64,000 nucleotides of DNA from Camelus ferus (lineage: Eukaryota): assembly GCF_009834535.1 (NCBI RefSeq), contig NC_045696.1, forward strand, positions 116,500,001 to 116,564,000, in the 5' to 3' direction. The notes below the pieces were generated by a model. The model saw only the letters and a list, made by a program, of their open reading frames with translations, was not told the DNA's origin and did not search any database. Of the stretch, positions 24,617 to 38,110 are shown piece after piece. Every line of letters starts with the position of its first letter. The first letter of the stretch is position 1. The translations under genes and the position numbers were made by a program.

Positions 24617-25315
24617 TGCCTGCCCTCATCCCATATTTTCTCTCCCTACATGCTCCCTTTTTTTTATTAATCTAAGTTTAACATGCAGCTTTCAGTTTTT
24701 GAATACTTTTTTGGAGTGACTCAGGTACACATGGAATTTCTTTCCCTCCTCGGAAACTTCCACACCATCGCCTGTAAGCCCTATGGGAGCTTGAACTGCT
24801 TGATTCTTCACTTACCTCCTCGTTTAGCAGATATGTGGCTCAGAGGAGTTAGAGAAAGAAGGGCCTTCATCTCCAAGGTTCCATGATACAAATTTAATTA
24901 TACAATGAACTCAAGTCTTTGAAAGTCTATGCCTGGGATCTAACCATGTCCTGAGTTCCCCCAAACCAAATTTGTGTCATCTGGTCACTCCTTCATTCTA
25001 CTCCCCATGAAAATTTCTCCTTGTCCCTCCTAGTCCAAAAACACTTGTTCTGCTTAAATAATACACAAGAGGGTTTCTCAAATCTGGCCTAGAAAGAGGG
25101 GTGCAGACGCCAGGAGGGAGGGTCTGCTAAGGTAACTAAGAAGTTCCTTAGAGTCCACCACGACTTTATGACAGAGCTGCCTGGAGTTTTGATAGAACTT
25201 ACCTACATGGCTGCAGGTACAACCTTCCTTTATAGACTAGCATGATTTCTACTCCCTGGATAGCCTGCAGGTTTTACCATGACTTAACTGCCTTCTTATA
25301 CCTTATATCTCAGGC

Positions 25316-25623
25316 CAGAGGGTGGCAAACTATAGCTCAAGGGCCAAATTCTATGTTTTTATATGGTTCACAAATTCAATATGGCTTTTACATTTTTAAA
25401 TTGTTGCCCACAAAATTAAAAAAAGAGTAATATTTTGTGACTCATGAAAAATTACATGAAATTTCCAATTTCAAAATATCTTCTTCATACATTGTCCCAC
25501 AGTTGCTTTGATGCAACAACGGCAGAATTGAGCAGTTGTGACAGAGATTGTGTGACGTACAAGGTCTAAGATATTTACTGTATTTACTGTGTGGCTCTTA
25601 ACAGTAAATATTTGCTGACTCTG
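25316..25623 (+). mobile_element. MER58B-like hAT-Charlie MITE
   Basis: Termini cagagggtggcaaact...atttgctgactctg; internal caacggcagaattgagcagttgtgacagaga. Confidence 0.8.
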
Positions 25624-27264
25624 GGATGAGTGTTTCTCTCTGCTTCTGCACTCTCTTGTCTGTGTGGGCTATTTCCAGATTGTTCCAGGACACTTTGAAT
25701 GTACAGGACCATCCCTTCATTGTTTCCACTGGAAAAAATCATCTGCATCAAATCTTTTTATACGTTTTGAGGATCTTTACTGAATTTGGGGGAAGGGACA
25801 CAGGACGGCATCATAGGCACACTGCACATCTTATCCTCTTCCTTGCTATAACCCCTTTTCCCTCTTCTTCTTTCTGCCGCTCTCCCCTCAGTTATTTGGC
25901 TAACAGTTTCCTCCAGGTCGCTTCCACACACCTGGAGGTTCCCTACAGGTCTCAACATCCACCCCAGGCAGGCTTGTGGAGGGATGATTTCCAAAGGTAG
26001 TGCTGTCCCTGAAAAAGAAATCTGGTGGACACAGTGCTCTCCACTTCGTTACTATTGGAGAACAATAGTTCTCTAGAGATTTAGCCGAGGCTCAGAACCT
26101 TCTCTAGGGGCTAATGACTTTGCTTTCTAATACTCTTAAACTGGATCTCAGCTGGATCATAAAGTCTCCTCACAGTGTGCTTTGTCTGTGCATTCTTTCA
26201 GACCTCAGATCTCTAGATGGTCTTTCAGCTTTAATCCTCTTGCCTGTATCAATGAAAGAAGAGATCAGAGGCTGTTCTTTCGGATGCTTTCAGCTACTTA
26301 AACTCATAATTATAGAAGCCTGATTTTTCATTGTACAATGCTTAGCAACTTAGGTTTTAATCAAAACATCACACTCAGAACTTTAGTTAGAATGATGTGT
26401 CAGTGATCTATTGTTACATGGAAAGATTGCTCAGTGAGTAGCTGGGATTATTAAAATATACAGCAGTGTCAGAAATTCTGGCTGGAGTCCTGATTGAGAG
26501 TGATTAGAGGATATTTATCAAACTCTCCTGAGAGCTATTCTTTGTTCTCCTGATCATGGTTTTAGAAGAGAGTTCTTCTTGGGAGCATAGTTACAGATAG
26601 TAAAATATGTATATGAAATGTACATTTTGTTTAATAATATAACATTTTATTGCTTTCAGCATATAGGTGGAGAAATATAGGAAAAATATTTGCATACCAC
26701 CACACATTTCTGGTCAAGATAAGAGTTGTAAGTTTTGCTCCAAACATGTTGGAATGATGGACAAGATGTAAAAGACAGAGGTTGGGTCAAAAATCTAGAA
26801 GAACATCTCTCTATGGTCAGAAAATCAAAAGTTGACTGAGGTTCAAAATACAGATTTGTTGGGCTTTGGGTAACATGTATATTGAGACTGTATGGGACTC
26901 ACTTTCAATGTCCTGGGCTCTGGAAATGAGTCAGAAAAAAGTTCTTGTGAACCTATGACTAATAGAAATTTTTGAGCCTGCGGAGTTGGGATTCAGCCTC
27001 ACCAGTATCAATGGGGCAAGCCTCCTACTGGCTCAGTGACTGAACTCAATTTACTATACTTCCCAAATCACTCTGGGGTAAGGAATTTGAATCATCAATA
27101 TAAGTCCACCTGGGATGGAGAGGAGAGAGAGAAAGAAGGCAAAAGCTCCCACTCAACAAGTCTGAGACTCAAAATTCCACAACAACTGAAGCAATTTTAA
27201 GCCAAGAACAAAGGTAAAATAGATCAAATATCAGATGAAAAAATTAGTTTAGATAAAAATAATA

Positions 27265-28290
27265 GCACAACAAATCCCAAAGCTAGAAAGCAGACTGACA
27301 GTTTTGACTATATAAAGATGAAATGAAATTTTTAATACAAAAATCACTGCAGTGATTGATGGTGACAGGATCTGACTGTTAAAGAAGACTCATAGGATCT
27401 CAAATGTCAGTGCTTTAAAATCTACAGTTTATTACAGGAAAATGATATAATATAGCAACCACAGTAATATACGGATACGCACCACAGCTAACGGCAGCCT
27501 GGAGAGGCCAGGTGCCAACTCCAACCGTACCTTGTCTGGAGGGCTCGCCCAGGATGCCCTTCATCTCTCAGATCAGGAACCACGGACCTGTGCACAAAGT
27601 ATCTCAGAACCAGGGAACCCCCAACGGAGTCTCAGATGGGGCTTTTTCACCTTGCTGGTCACTTAGGCACATTCCCTCCATGTAACTGGCTCCTATGTGA
27701 GAGCTCCTCAGGGGGTCTCAGTGAGGCTGGGTACAAATCATCGTTCTCACTGCTGTCAATCAACAATGCTAACAAGCTTGTATAAACTACTATGACAAAA
27801 CTCACCTAAAACCCGTGGTTACAAAGCAACACTATTAATCAGTTCATTTGATACCTTGACCAGGGGTCAGTGCTGTGCAGGTACTTCAGCCAAACAGCTC
27901 AGGCTAATTCCAGACCTGCAGAAATCAGCTCTCACAACACAGCCACCATAAACAAATTCAAAAGACAAGGAAAATGAAGGGCAGCTAACATTGTAGATAA
28001 AAAGTCAACTTCCCTAATATACAAATCAATTTCAAAGAATTTCTACAAATCAATATTAAGACTATCAGCCCAACTGAAAAACAGTCAAAGGATATGAAGA
28101 CACAACTTATAGAAATGAAATAATTTGTAAACACTTGAAAATAAGCATACGAAAAAATGTTCTATCCTGTTCATGGTCAGGAAACACATATTGAAACTAC
28201 TGTTATTGTCATCTATCACTGACAAATTTCAGGAAGTTTGAGTGCACATCCTGTTGGCAAGGCTATTAGCCAACGACTCTCCTCACAGCT
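27265..28290 (+). mobile_element. Ancient L1ME ORF2 3' region, split by an LTR
   Basis: gacagttttgactatataaag...[LTR]...accataaacaaattcaaaagacaa...gtcaaaggatatgaagacacaa...tcctgttggcaagg. Confidence 0.65.
27348..27941 (-). mobile_element. Solo ERVL-type LTR (MER21/MER68/MER77 group)
   Basis: TG...CA termini; gaagactcatagga...gtttattacaggaaaatgatat...accagggaaccc...gctggtcacttaggcac. Possible degenerate 5-bp TSD atcac/gccac. Confidence 0.7.
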
Positions 28291-28415
28291 GGGGAATAAG
28301 TTCTCTCCTGAAAGTCCTTTTCTGAGCATCACATTTCATTGTCTACTATAGTATCTTGCACCTCTGATGGAAGGTTCTTCTATCCACAAACCCTTACACC
28401 GAGAATGATTTTCTT

Positions 28416-28520
28416 GGGAATATATGTATGTGTATGTATGACTAAAGCATTGTGCTGTACAACAGAAATTGATACATTGCACTGACTGTACTTCAATAAA
28501 AAAATCTAACTATTAAAAAA
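28416..28520 (+). mobile_element. Very short (~105 nt) 5'-truncated L1 tail
   Basis: ttgtgctgtacaacagaaattgatacattgcactgactgtacttcaataaa. TSD agaatgattttctt (28402-28415) / agaatgactttctt (28521-28534). Confidence 0.88.
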
Positions 28521-28754
28521 AGAATGACTTTCTTAATGCATAGATCAGTCAGTGTCCTCCCAGCCACCATCTTAACGTCTCTACTCTATGTTCCAGGTGT
28601 CTTTCACCTGGGATGCAAGAAATAACAACGCAAATAAAACCTGATATGATAAGTCAGCCTGCCCAATTAACTACTGACTAAGAGGAAAAGCTCATAATTT
28701 TAGGAAGTTTAAAAGATGAAAGTATATATAAATATATATTCTGGATAAAAGTCA

Positions 28755-28900
28755 TAAAATTCAATTCTGTTGCTGTCATGCAAAAGCAGTCACAGGATAA
28801 TATGTAAACAGATGGGTGTGGCTGTGTTCTAATGACACTATTTATGAATAGGTGGTGGGCTGGATTCAACACATGGGTCCTTGTTTGCTTATACCCCAAG
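28755..28900. mobile_element. MER58A fragment
   Basis: aaagcagtcacaggataatatgtaaacagatgggtgtggctgtgttctaat...ggtgggctggatt. Confidence 0.75.
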
Positions 28901-28969
28901 GATGTAAAGCAATAATTTCATTTGAGAAATTCCAGTAAATGGGAGTTTAGCTAGTATCTAGCTAGCAAG

Positions 28970-30020
28970 CATCTGAGAGGACTTCATGGGGATGATGATA
29001 CTGGATCTGGAACATTAGCGTTGGGTGGAATATCAACTTGTGGGGTATGGTAGGGAGAAAGGTGAAGGTGGGGCAGGAGGGATGCTCTGAGTAGAGGAAA
29101 ATATGTAGCCAGAAGCACAGTGGAGTGAGTTAGCAAGTGGGTAGGTAGTAGCAACTCACTGGTTTAAGGACAGTATACATTAAGTGGACTCACAGAATAC
29201 AGGTGGAAAGAGATGTGCAGGCAAGATCGAGAAAGCTTTTCAATCAGGCAAAGAAGAATAAATTTATTACCTGGTCAACTTGTGTGGATTGATGGTGAGC
29301 CACTGAGTCAGAGAATGGCATGGTCAGTCATGCCTTAGGAAAATTAATCTTATACTCTGGGAGCCTGAAGCTTAAGCAATTAGGGGGTGCTCTTCAAGAA
29401 AAAGAATATATTATAAATTTGACATTAGGTACAGGATCTTGGAAGGGGCTTATGTAAGTGTTGGGCCCTGAAATCTAAGTTTCACTAGCCTCCTAGAACA
29501 TCCATCTCTGCAGGCGATATTAAATGGAGTGGATACAACACTAGTCTTCATAAGGGGTAACATGCATTGGACATGGAAATGGCAGAGGGAACTGGGAAGA
29601 TGGAACAAACATCAGACTCCATCAACATAAAAGCACAGGGCTTGGCAACTGGGAAACTAAAAATACAGAGATTTGTATCGTCTGCTGGAGGCAAAGAGGA
29701 GGAGACAAAGATAGATCTGAGATTTACAGTTTAAAAGTGACAAAAAGGTGGTGATGACATAAACAGAAAAAGATAACACAAGAGGAGGTGCAGGTTTTCC
29801 CAGGAAGAGGATGAAATCAATTTTGAACTAGGTGAGTTTAAGATTGCCCAGGTGAAAATATCCAGCTGGTCATTAAAAATGTGAAATAAGAGATTGGAAA
29901 AGAAGTGGGAATTTGGGGGTCACTTACATCAACATGAGTGCTGTGGGAGAATTATCCAGAGAGAGGATGCAGAGAGATCAGAAGTCTTTGGATGGAGTTG
30001 CCTCCTTATTTGGCAGAGGT
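28970..30020 (-). mobile_element. L2 fragment(s), interrupted by MER96B
   Basis: ggtgagccactgag...aggaaaattaatct...gggcttggcaact...ttttgaactaggtgagtttaagattgcccaggtgaaaatatccagctgg. Confidence 0.65.
29355..29510 (-). mobile_element. MER96B-like hAT MITE
   Basis: gcctgaagctta...ctcttcaagaaaaagaata...attaggtacaggatcttggaaggggc...gggccctgaaatctaagtttc...atccatctctg. Confidence 0.7.
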
Positions 30021-30290
30021 TAAAATGGAAAAATGCTGCCTATAGACTAATATGCTATCTGGATGTTCTTATTTAATTTCTGACTGCCAAATTTTTCTAT
30101 GAATATCCCTTAACTTTGGCAGATAATTTGGAATGAAACTTTATTTTTAAAGATTCCTCATTCTACTACTTTATTTTAAATAATCAGTGATATCCACTGG
30201 GGTGACTAATTACTCAGGAACATAGAGGAGAGTCACATACATCAGCATTGAGGAGAGTATCAGAGTTTGGGAAAGAGTTCCCGAGTCACT

Positions 30291-30838
30291 CTTTTTTTTT
30301 AAGGACTACACTCCGTTTATAGTCATCATAAAATACTGGCTATATTCCCTGTGTTGTTCAACATATCCTTGTAGATTATTTTGTACATAATTGTACCTCT
30401 TAATCTCCTACCCTTATATTGCCCCTCCCCATTGGTAACCACTAGTTTGTTCTTTTTTTTTTGCCAGAAGATTTTTTTTTGAGGTATAATTGACATGTGA
30501 CATTATATTCACTTCAGGTGTACAACATAATGATTCGCTATTTGTATATATTTGTAAATGATTACCACAATAAGTCTAGTTAACATCCGTAATCTGGTAA
30601 GTTTTGACACATGTATACACCCCTGAAACCGTCCCCAAAATCAAGTTCATGAACCACTAGTTTGTTCTTTATATCTGTAAGTCTGCTTCTTTTTGTTATA
30701 TTTGCTAGTTTGTTGTACTTTTTAGATCCCACATATAAGTGATACCGTACAGTATTTGTCTTTGCCTGGTTTATTTCACTTAGCATAATGCCAACTCCAT
30801 CCATGTTGCTGCAAAATGGAAAAATTTCATTCATTTAA
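30291..30838 (-). mobile_element. L1 3' UTR hosting a nested insertion at 30456-30651
   Basis: The host sequence is continuous across a perfect 19-nt duplication AACCACTAGTTTGTTCTTT (30437-30455 / 30652-30670). Confidence 0.88.
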
Positions 30839-31759
30839 TGGGATGAAAATACTTTTTATGCTACTTTATTATCCATTAGAACTTATAGGTATTGACCTGA
30901 AATTTAATATTTCAATAAATTATTTATATTCGTTCTGACTTTAAGCACCTATTTTTTAAGATGACATTTGCTGTGTTTTTCAGTCTCCTTTCATGAAGCT
31001 ACAGAAGTTTGTGAAGTATATGTCTCTACCCTCCTGACAGATAACCTTTAAATCTGTCTTACTTCCCTAGTATTTACAAGTACTCTACTTCAGAAGGGGT
31101 CAAACCTCTAGAACTGAAGGAAAGAACTCTAGCGAGGCATGTAATTGTAAGTAATAGTTATGCTCCTTTACTGTAATTACTGTTCCATTTTAGAGCTTCC
31201 ATCTGCCCCTTCATGATTCCTTCTGACATGAACAGAATAGGATCTGTTCATGTCACAAGTTTGGTACAAGCTTCTGGGAAAAATACATACACTTTTTGAG
31301 AGTGTTTAATTATCTGGTCTCAAAAGGCTGGTACAAGAAACCAGGATATTCAATGTGTTGATATCTATCCAGTTAGTCAACATTACTTCTTATAATACAC
31401 ATCGTATTTTACTGTGCATTTTATTATACATATCTGTTATACACATATTTTATTATGTGTATTTTATTATATACATCATATTACTACATATCAATTGTGT
31501 TAATGATTTTCCTCATGAGTTTTCCCAGGGATTATTTTCACTGAGTATTTTGAGAAGCATATCCCCCTTCCCAGGAATGGGATTATTTGAAACATGGGAG
31601 AGGTATCTTTGCCGGAGAGCTTACTAGAAAAAAATACTATAGAACTGTGGTTTCCAGCCTGGTTCATTATCAGAATCACCTGGGAGACTCAAAACAGATT
31701 TACATTATCTGCAAGCATCAAGACTTTCATGTCTCCTTGGGTTGGCATGCAATGCTTTC

Positions 31760-32760
31760 CTTTTTCTTTCTCTCCCTATGTTTTACGGAGATATTTCATC
31801 TATTCTCATGGCTCAAAATATTGTCTATATTCTGATGATCCGCAGATGCATGTCTCCAGTCCAGTTCTTTTATCTGACTCCAACCACATGCCTGACATGA
31901 TTCACTTACATCTCAAATTTAACATGTCCTGAACTTGTGATTCTCCACCATGCCCAACCTGTTTTTCTCCATATCTTTTCCTTATCAGGGAACAGCCATC
32001 ATCTATGCAGATATGTAAGACCACCCTTAAATTCTTTTTTCTCCCATACCCCGACCTACTCTACACCAGTCCATTATCAATTCCTGTAGACTCTTTTTAA
32101 ATATACCTGGAAGCTGTCCACTTCTACTGCCATCAGTATCATCCAAGTTTCGATGGTCTCTAGTGGGCACTAATGCAACAGTCTTCTATTGGGACTCCTT
32201 GCCTCATTCTTGCCTCCCTCATCCAGTGGTCAGTGGGTCTTAACCTGATTGTATATTAGATTCACCCGGAAACACACAAACTACTGATACTTGGGTCTCA
32301 CATGGAGAATTCTGATTTAATTGGTCTGGGGTGTGGCCTAAGTATGTGATTTAAATAATTTCCCCAAGATTATAATGTGTAACCCAAGTTGAGAATCACA
32401 GCTCCATTCCACATGCAGCAAGGAGAGTCAAATCCTTAATACCTTAATCAGTCTGCTTAAGACTCCTCACTGTTCTCCCATTGGCCCCAAGCACTCATAT
32501 TAACATCAATCCTATTCTGATCATACTACAGGCACCACTGCATCTGCTGATCCTTCTGATGCTTCTGCATCCCTTCATCTATTTTACTCTGCCTTGCTTC
32601 TGGGTTCAGCTTCCTCCCTTTCCAAGCACACCATTCCATGCAATGGATGTTGGAAGTGGCTAGGTACCTGTTACTTGTTAGTTATTCCTCTACAAAGCAC
32701 TCCCATCCCATCTTTCAATCATAATTTGAATTGAGAGGACCCTGTTCTTTTTCCTCTAAC
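31760..32760 (+). mobile_element. L2 fragment, interrupted by MER5B
   Basis: ctatattctgatgatccgcagatgcatgtctccagtcca...catctcaaatttaacatgtcc...ctgtccacttct...gcaacagtcttcta. Confidence 0.75.
32231..32402. mobile_element. MER5B-like MITE
   Basis: cagtgggtcttaacc...gaattctgatttaattggtctggggtgtggcct...ccaagttgagaatcacag. Confidence 0.8.
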
Positions 32761-33439
32761 CCTACTTCACTTTGTGTTAGGGATGTGACCTAGGATTTGC
32801 TTTTCAGAATGCTTCATCAGGACCGATAAGCATCTTTTCTGGGTAGTTTTTGGCTGGAGAAATCAGGAGTTATGAATTGCTGGCGTTGTAAACCTGCTGC
32901 CATCTCCCTTGGCTGCGTGCAGAGAGTCATCTCCAGTAGGAGAGAAAGTGACCGAAGTGTCAAGAAAGGAGAAGCTTTGAGATGAAGCAGGGTGCTCCAT
33001 TTGTATGATCTCATTTAATTTCCATGACACTCTATTAGATTACCCATTGCTATCCCTACTTTGCCGATGAGAAAAATGAACTCCAGAGAAGTTAAGTAAT
33101 GTGCTTACATATTACTGTTTGAGTTAGAATTCCATTTTCGATGTAAGAAATATTAGCTTATAAAAAGCCAATTTCTGAAGTATATTTACAATAATAATTC
33201 TCTCTACCCAAGAATAAGTTTGTTATGAACATTCTACATCAGTAAGCAAAAGCCAGGTTTTAAGAATGTGCATAGTTATTTACTAACAGTGGTGAAGAAA
33301 CAGGACGCATGTCTTGTATAAAAGGTTAGTGGTGGTGGTGGTGGTTGGCAGATTCATTATATGGTTCTGAATGTTGTTGCTGCTGATAGGTTATGTCAAT
33401 TAAAATAATGCTTTTCAAAATGCAATGTAAAGAGGTATC

Positions 33440-33580
33440 AGCTGGAATCTTGCTTAAATGCAGCGGATGATTCGCTAGGACTGAGACATGGTCAGAAATT
33501 CTGCATTTCTAACAAGCTCTTGAGGAATGCCTCATGCTGCTGGGTCCTGCGCCATGTTTTTGGTTATTAAGGGGTTAGGA
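33440..33580. mobile_element. MER5A fragment
   Basis: aaattctgcatttctaacaagctc...atgctgctgggtcc. Confidence 0.65.
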
Positions 33581-34857
33581 TATCAGTGATGTTAAGTTAT
33601 ATTTATTGCACCAATGTCCCTGTGGCCTTCTGGAAGACCACAACCTAAACTCTTATCATATCCAATTGAATTCCACCTAAAATTCACTGACACTTAGAAG
33701 AGTTGGTGCTCGTGTGATTACTTCAAGTATTAGCTACTCACTGTACTGTTAACCTGGGACAGATTGGGGAAAAACTTTTGCAACTCTTCTGGAATTCTGG
33801 ATGAAGAATAAGTTCTTGGAGAATAGTGAATTGAAGTTCTGGTGATGGGGAGGCTCCAGGAGAAACACAAATGATGGCAGTTAAGAATCTAGAAAGGAGA
33901 TATTGCTGCTTAAGGTGTTAAGTTCTTTCCCGACGTCAAATGTAGTACACAAGCTTCAGACATGCTATTCAAGTGTAGAACCATCCCTGGTAAACACAAG
34001 CCTTAGCATCTACATTTTAAACAATGACTCTCCTCCTCCTCCATCTTCTTTTTTTTAAGAGAGTTTTATTTTTCTCCCTATCTTTCAAGCTGGCTTCTTA
34101 GGAAAAAACAGTTCATTTTAGCAGTCTGTAAATAAACTGGCTTCAGGGCTATTCAGAAGAATTGAGAATTCTGAAAAGTTGAATATTCTGGAGCCCTTAT
34201 GACAAGTATGAGAAAAAAATTCAGTGCCAGTAGGTATATAACAAAACTCACAAACTTTAATGCTTCATAAGAATTTACAAAATTGAAGTTTTGAAATTGT
34301 TTTACATTGGGAAAGGCTGTACTCCTAAAATCAGTCATTTTTTTCCTTGTAACTGGGCCCATGGGATTGTAGCATTTCTTTTGTCTTTTGGGCAGCATTA
34401 CCAGTGTGAGGCCTTGGAGAGGAGGAAGAGTAATCAGTACAGGGTAATTATTTCATTCTCTTTTGTGAAATGTGAAGATACATTTTTTTGTATAAAGGGG
34501 ATTGAGGGCAGTTTTGAAGTCTGTAGCAGATGTAAACAAAAGGGATTAAGTACAGCCGAGAGAAGGAGCTTGCTGGACAGTCCTGAGTTATTTTCAATAT
34601 TTAAAAACAGCCTAAAGAAAATTCTTTGATTAGGCAACAGAGGCTTTTTCTAACATCATGGCTTCTTAGTTTTGGCTGGTATTATAGAATTTAAGGAGGT
34701 AACACTGGTTATCTGCAGCCAACTGGAAGTAGTGATTGGGATTTATATACCTTTGTTCAAAAATGAGATAAATTATTAATTATAATCTGATACAATAAGT
34801 CTCTCAAAATATTGGATTGATGTGGACTTGAAATAATGAAAAGACTCTTGAAAGCTG

Positions 34858-35080
34858 AAAAGTTTGCAGATACTAACTACTACATATGAATTAGATAAAC
34901 AGCAATGTCCTACTGTATAGTGCAGGGAACTATTTTCAATTCTTTGTAATGGCCTATGATGAAAAAAATATGGAAACGAATAATATATATATGTGTATAA
35001 CTGAATCGCTATGCTGCACATCAGAAATTAACAAACCATTGTAAACAGACTATATTTAATTTAAAAAATTAAAAAAGAAA
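34858..35080 (+). mobile_element. 5'-truncated L1 3' UTR
   Basis: ttgcagatactaactactacatat...gtcctactgtatagtgcagggaactat...ctgaatcgctatgctgcacatcagaaattaac, then an A-rich tail. Confidence 0.9.
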
Positions 35081-35149
35081 GGAGGCTATCATTAAAAATT
35101 AAGTATATTGCCTCTTGGGGGATACATCTTGAACCAATAAGCTTATTTG

Positions 35150-35280
35150 TAGTCAGTCAATCAGCAAATATTTAATGAACATCCTCATGTGCTGGACACT
35201 GGGCTGGGCATTTGTGGATACAGTAATGAAAAAGTCATGGTCATTGCCTTGTGAAACTTATGGAAGAAAAAGGAAACATT
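35150..35280 (-). mobile_element. L2 3' end
   Basis: cagtcaatcagcaaatatttaatgaacatcctcatgtgctggacactgggctgggc. Confidence 0.7.
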
Positions 35281-35928
35281 AAAGAAGTAACTAGCTGCAC
35301 GAAGTGTTAATGTAAGTTATTCTAGAGTCTCTTAATGCTAAATAAAATGTTAGTGAATTTTATTCCTTATTTAAATATTTAATTTAAGATAAAATTCTGA
35401 AGCAAAACCAACAAATAGTTACTCGTGACTAATACAGGCAGCGGATGACCCTTGATGCCTGCCTGATGCACATCCTTTGTCTTGGCTATTACCTCACAGA
35501 CATGTCTCTTGTAGTTCTTTTTTTATGGTATATTTCTTGTAAGAAACTCTCAGAAAATTTGTGCAATGAGTCACTTTCACCAAAACTGCACCTGTTGTGT
35601 TTAAGCTCTGGATTCTTGACCCAAGCTCATGCTTGCCTACAATGACCAGCTGTTGACTGTTGGCATTTGGCACTTTGTTTTATGAATCTCATTTTGACTT
35701 ACTCCTCTCATCATTTATTTATCTTGGTGGTCACAGAAAATCATAAGTGATCTCTATTTACTCTGTATACCCTTTCTTTGTTTTTCAACTCAACCATTTG
35801 TACACTTCTTTAAATGCCTGAATACTGATTATGTAATTAAACTTCCAGAAACACACCAATTATTTGGTTAAGTAAACTAGTGCTCAGAAAAAGTCACATC
35901 TGCTAAATTCTTTTATATGTAGCATTTT

Positions 35929-36612
35929 TTTAAATTGAAATATAGTTGATTTACAATGTTGTGATAGTTTTAGGTGTACAGCAAAGTGATTCAGTTATAG
36001 GTATATGCATTCTTTTTCATATTCTTTTCCATTATAGGTTATTACAAGACATTGACTATAGTTCCTTGTGCTAAACAGTGGGTCCTTTTTGTTTATCTAT
36101 TTTATATATAGTAATGTCTAGCTGCTAATCCCATTCCTAATTTATCACTCCCCTGCTTTCCCCTTTGGTAACCATAAGTTTGTTTTCTATGTCTGTGGGT
36201 GTGTCTCTGTTTTGTAAATAAGTTCTTTGTATCATTTTATTTTTAGATTTCACATATAAGTGATATCATATGATATTTGGGTTTCTCTGTCTGACTTACT
36301 TCACTAGTATGATCATCTCTAGGCCCATTCATGTTGCTGCAAATGGCATTACTTCATCCTTTTTTATGGCTGAGTAATATTCCACAACTTCTTTATCTGT
36401 TCATCTGTCAGTGGACATTTAGGTTGCTTCCATGTCTTGGCTATTGTAAATAGCGCTGCTATGAACATTGGGGTAGATGTAGCTTTCAGATTAGAGTTTT
36501 CACCTTTTCCAAATATATGCCTAGGAGTAGACTGCTGGGTCATATGTTAAGTCTATTTTTAGTTTTTTTAAGAAACTTCCACACTGTTCTTCATAGTGGC
36601 TGCACCAATTTC
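35929..36612 (-). mobile_element. 5'-truncated L1 (3' UTR + ORF2 end)
   Basis: aaattgaaatatagttgatttacaatg...catagtggctgcaccaattt. TSD atatgtagcatttt (35915-35928) / atatgtagtatttt (36613-36626). Confidence 0.94.
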
Positions 36613-37789
36613 ATATGTAGTATTTTAATGGCGAATTGCTGACACGTTTGGAGGTTAATCAGAAGTGTTCTGTTTCTTAAACTGAAGCATGAGTTTATGA
36701 TTACAGGTGGGTTCCTCTATTGTTATTCTTTATGCCTTACATATTTTATAATTATTCATTTTATCTATTCAACATTTAATAATAAATAATAAAAATTAAA
36801 TTGAAATTTGGATGTTATTATCTTCTGTAATAGAAACTTGGAGATAACTAAGGACCCCAGAGATTCTGAGGACTTAAAGTTCACAATTAGCCATTACAAT
36901 TTGTTTCCATTGAGCACATACAAAAAAGCAAATACTTCCATAGTATTTACCATGATACTAAAGTTATACAAAATTAATTTTTTTGAATTTATGTCTGTTT
37001 CCTAAAATGTTGAGATTTCTTATAAAGTTGAAAATTTTATTGTTATAATTCAAGGACTGACTTGTAGGCCAAAGTCAAATGTTATGGGAAAATTCATTCA
37101 TTAGGATGTTTGTGGCAGAAAAATTGTGTTTGTTCATTCTGTCAGTTATGTTTGTCATGGCAGGTGAATTTTGTGCATCAATTTTGTGATAATTAACTCA
37201 TCGATCATATTTAATAAATTTAAGTTCAACTATTTAAAGAAGCTGCAAGGATTTTTTTAACATCAAAAAAATTTTAAAAGGCCTCCTACATTTAAATTAA
37301 TTTCACAAGTAAATATGTAGAACTTTGATTTTCCGAGAAACTATCAACATATATAAATTAAGGTGAGTTCTTCCTGTCATCATTGAATGCGTGGGTATTC
37401 TCTGGCTGAATGTAAACACGTAAGTGTTACTCCTAGCTGGATTTTGAAATTATTGCTTAGGTTTTTTTTTTTAAACATGTAAGTCTGTACACACATTACA
37501 CACACAGGTGTTACAGACAAAAATTAAAGCATGCAGACAGAGCGTGTCACATGGGGCTTACTCTAGTCTGAGTACGTAAAAATGAATTGCTTTGTTAGAG
37601 AGGAGGATGCTAAGGTACTACAAACACAAGTTAAAACTTAATTGGGAAGCACGTTGGGGAAAGTAGGCCAATGCAGGAAGCCAGGATGGGAGCACCTGGG
37701 TTGTGAAAATGAATAAGGACAGTGGGGACCATTCTGAGGTTAAACTGGCTTCTTCATAGCCAAGCACAGGCTGCAGTCTTTACTTAGAA

Positions 37790-38110
37790 CGTTCTTCCTC
37801 CTGCTACTCCCCACCCTTCCCTCTTTCTTTGTATAGATGACTTTATTTAATCCTTCAGGTCTTGAATCTAACATTTTCTCATTAGAAATGGTCTTGCTTT
37901 AAATACTCACCGCCTCCACCATATAACTCTCAGAACCCTGTTTCTGTCGCAGCACGTTCTGCAATTTTCAACACTTGTTTGTTTGCTTACATTGTGGTTG
38001 TCTGTCTCCCTTCCCCACTGCCCACTTCCACTCCATTTGCCGTCTCTCAACTCCATGAAGAACTACTGTCTGTCCTACTGGAGTGTCTGGCACGTGGGAG
38101 CTACTCAGCG
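37790..38110 (+). mobile_element. L2 3' region
   Basis: atccttcaggtcttgaatct...gtttgcttacattgtggttgtctgtctccc...gtgtctggcacgtgggagctactcag. Confidence 0.65.
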
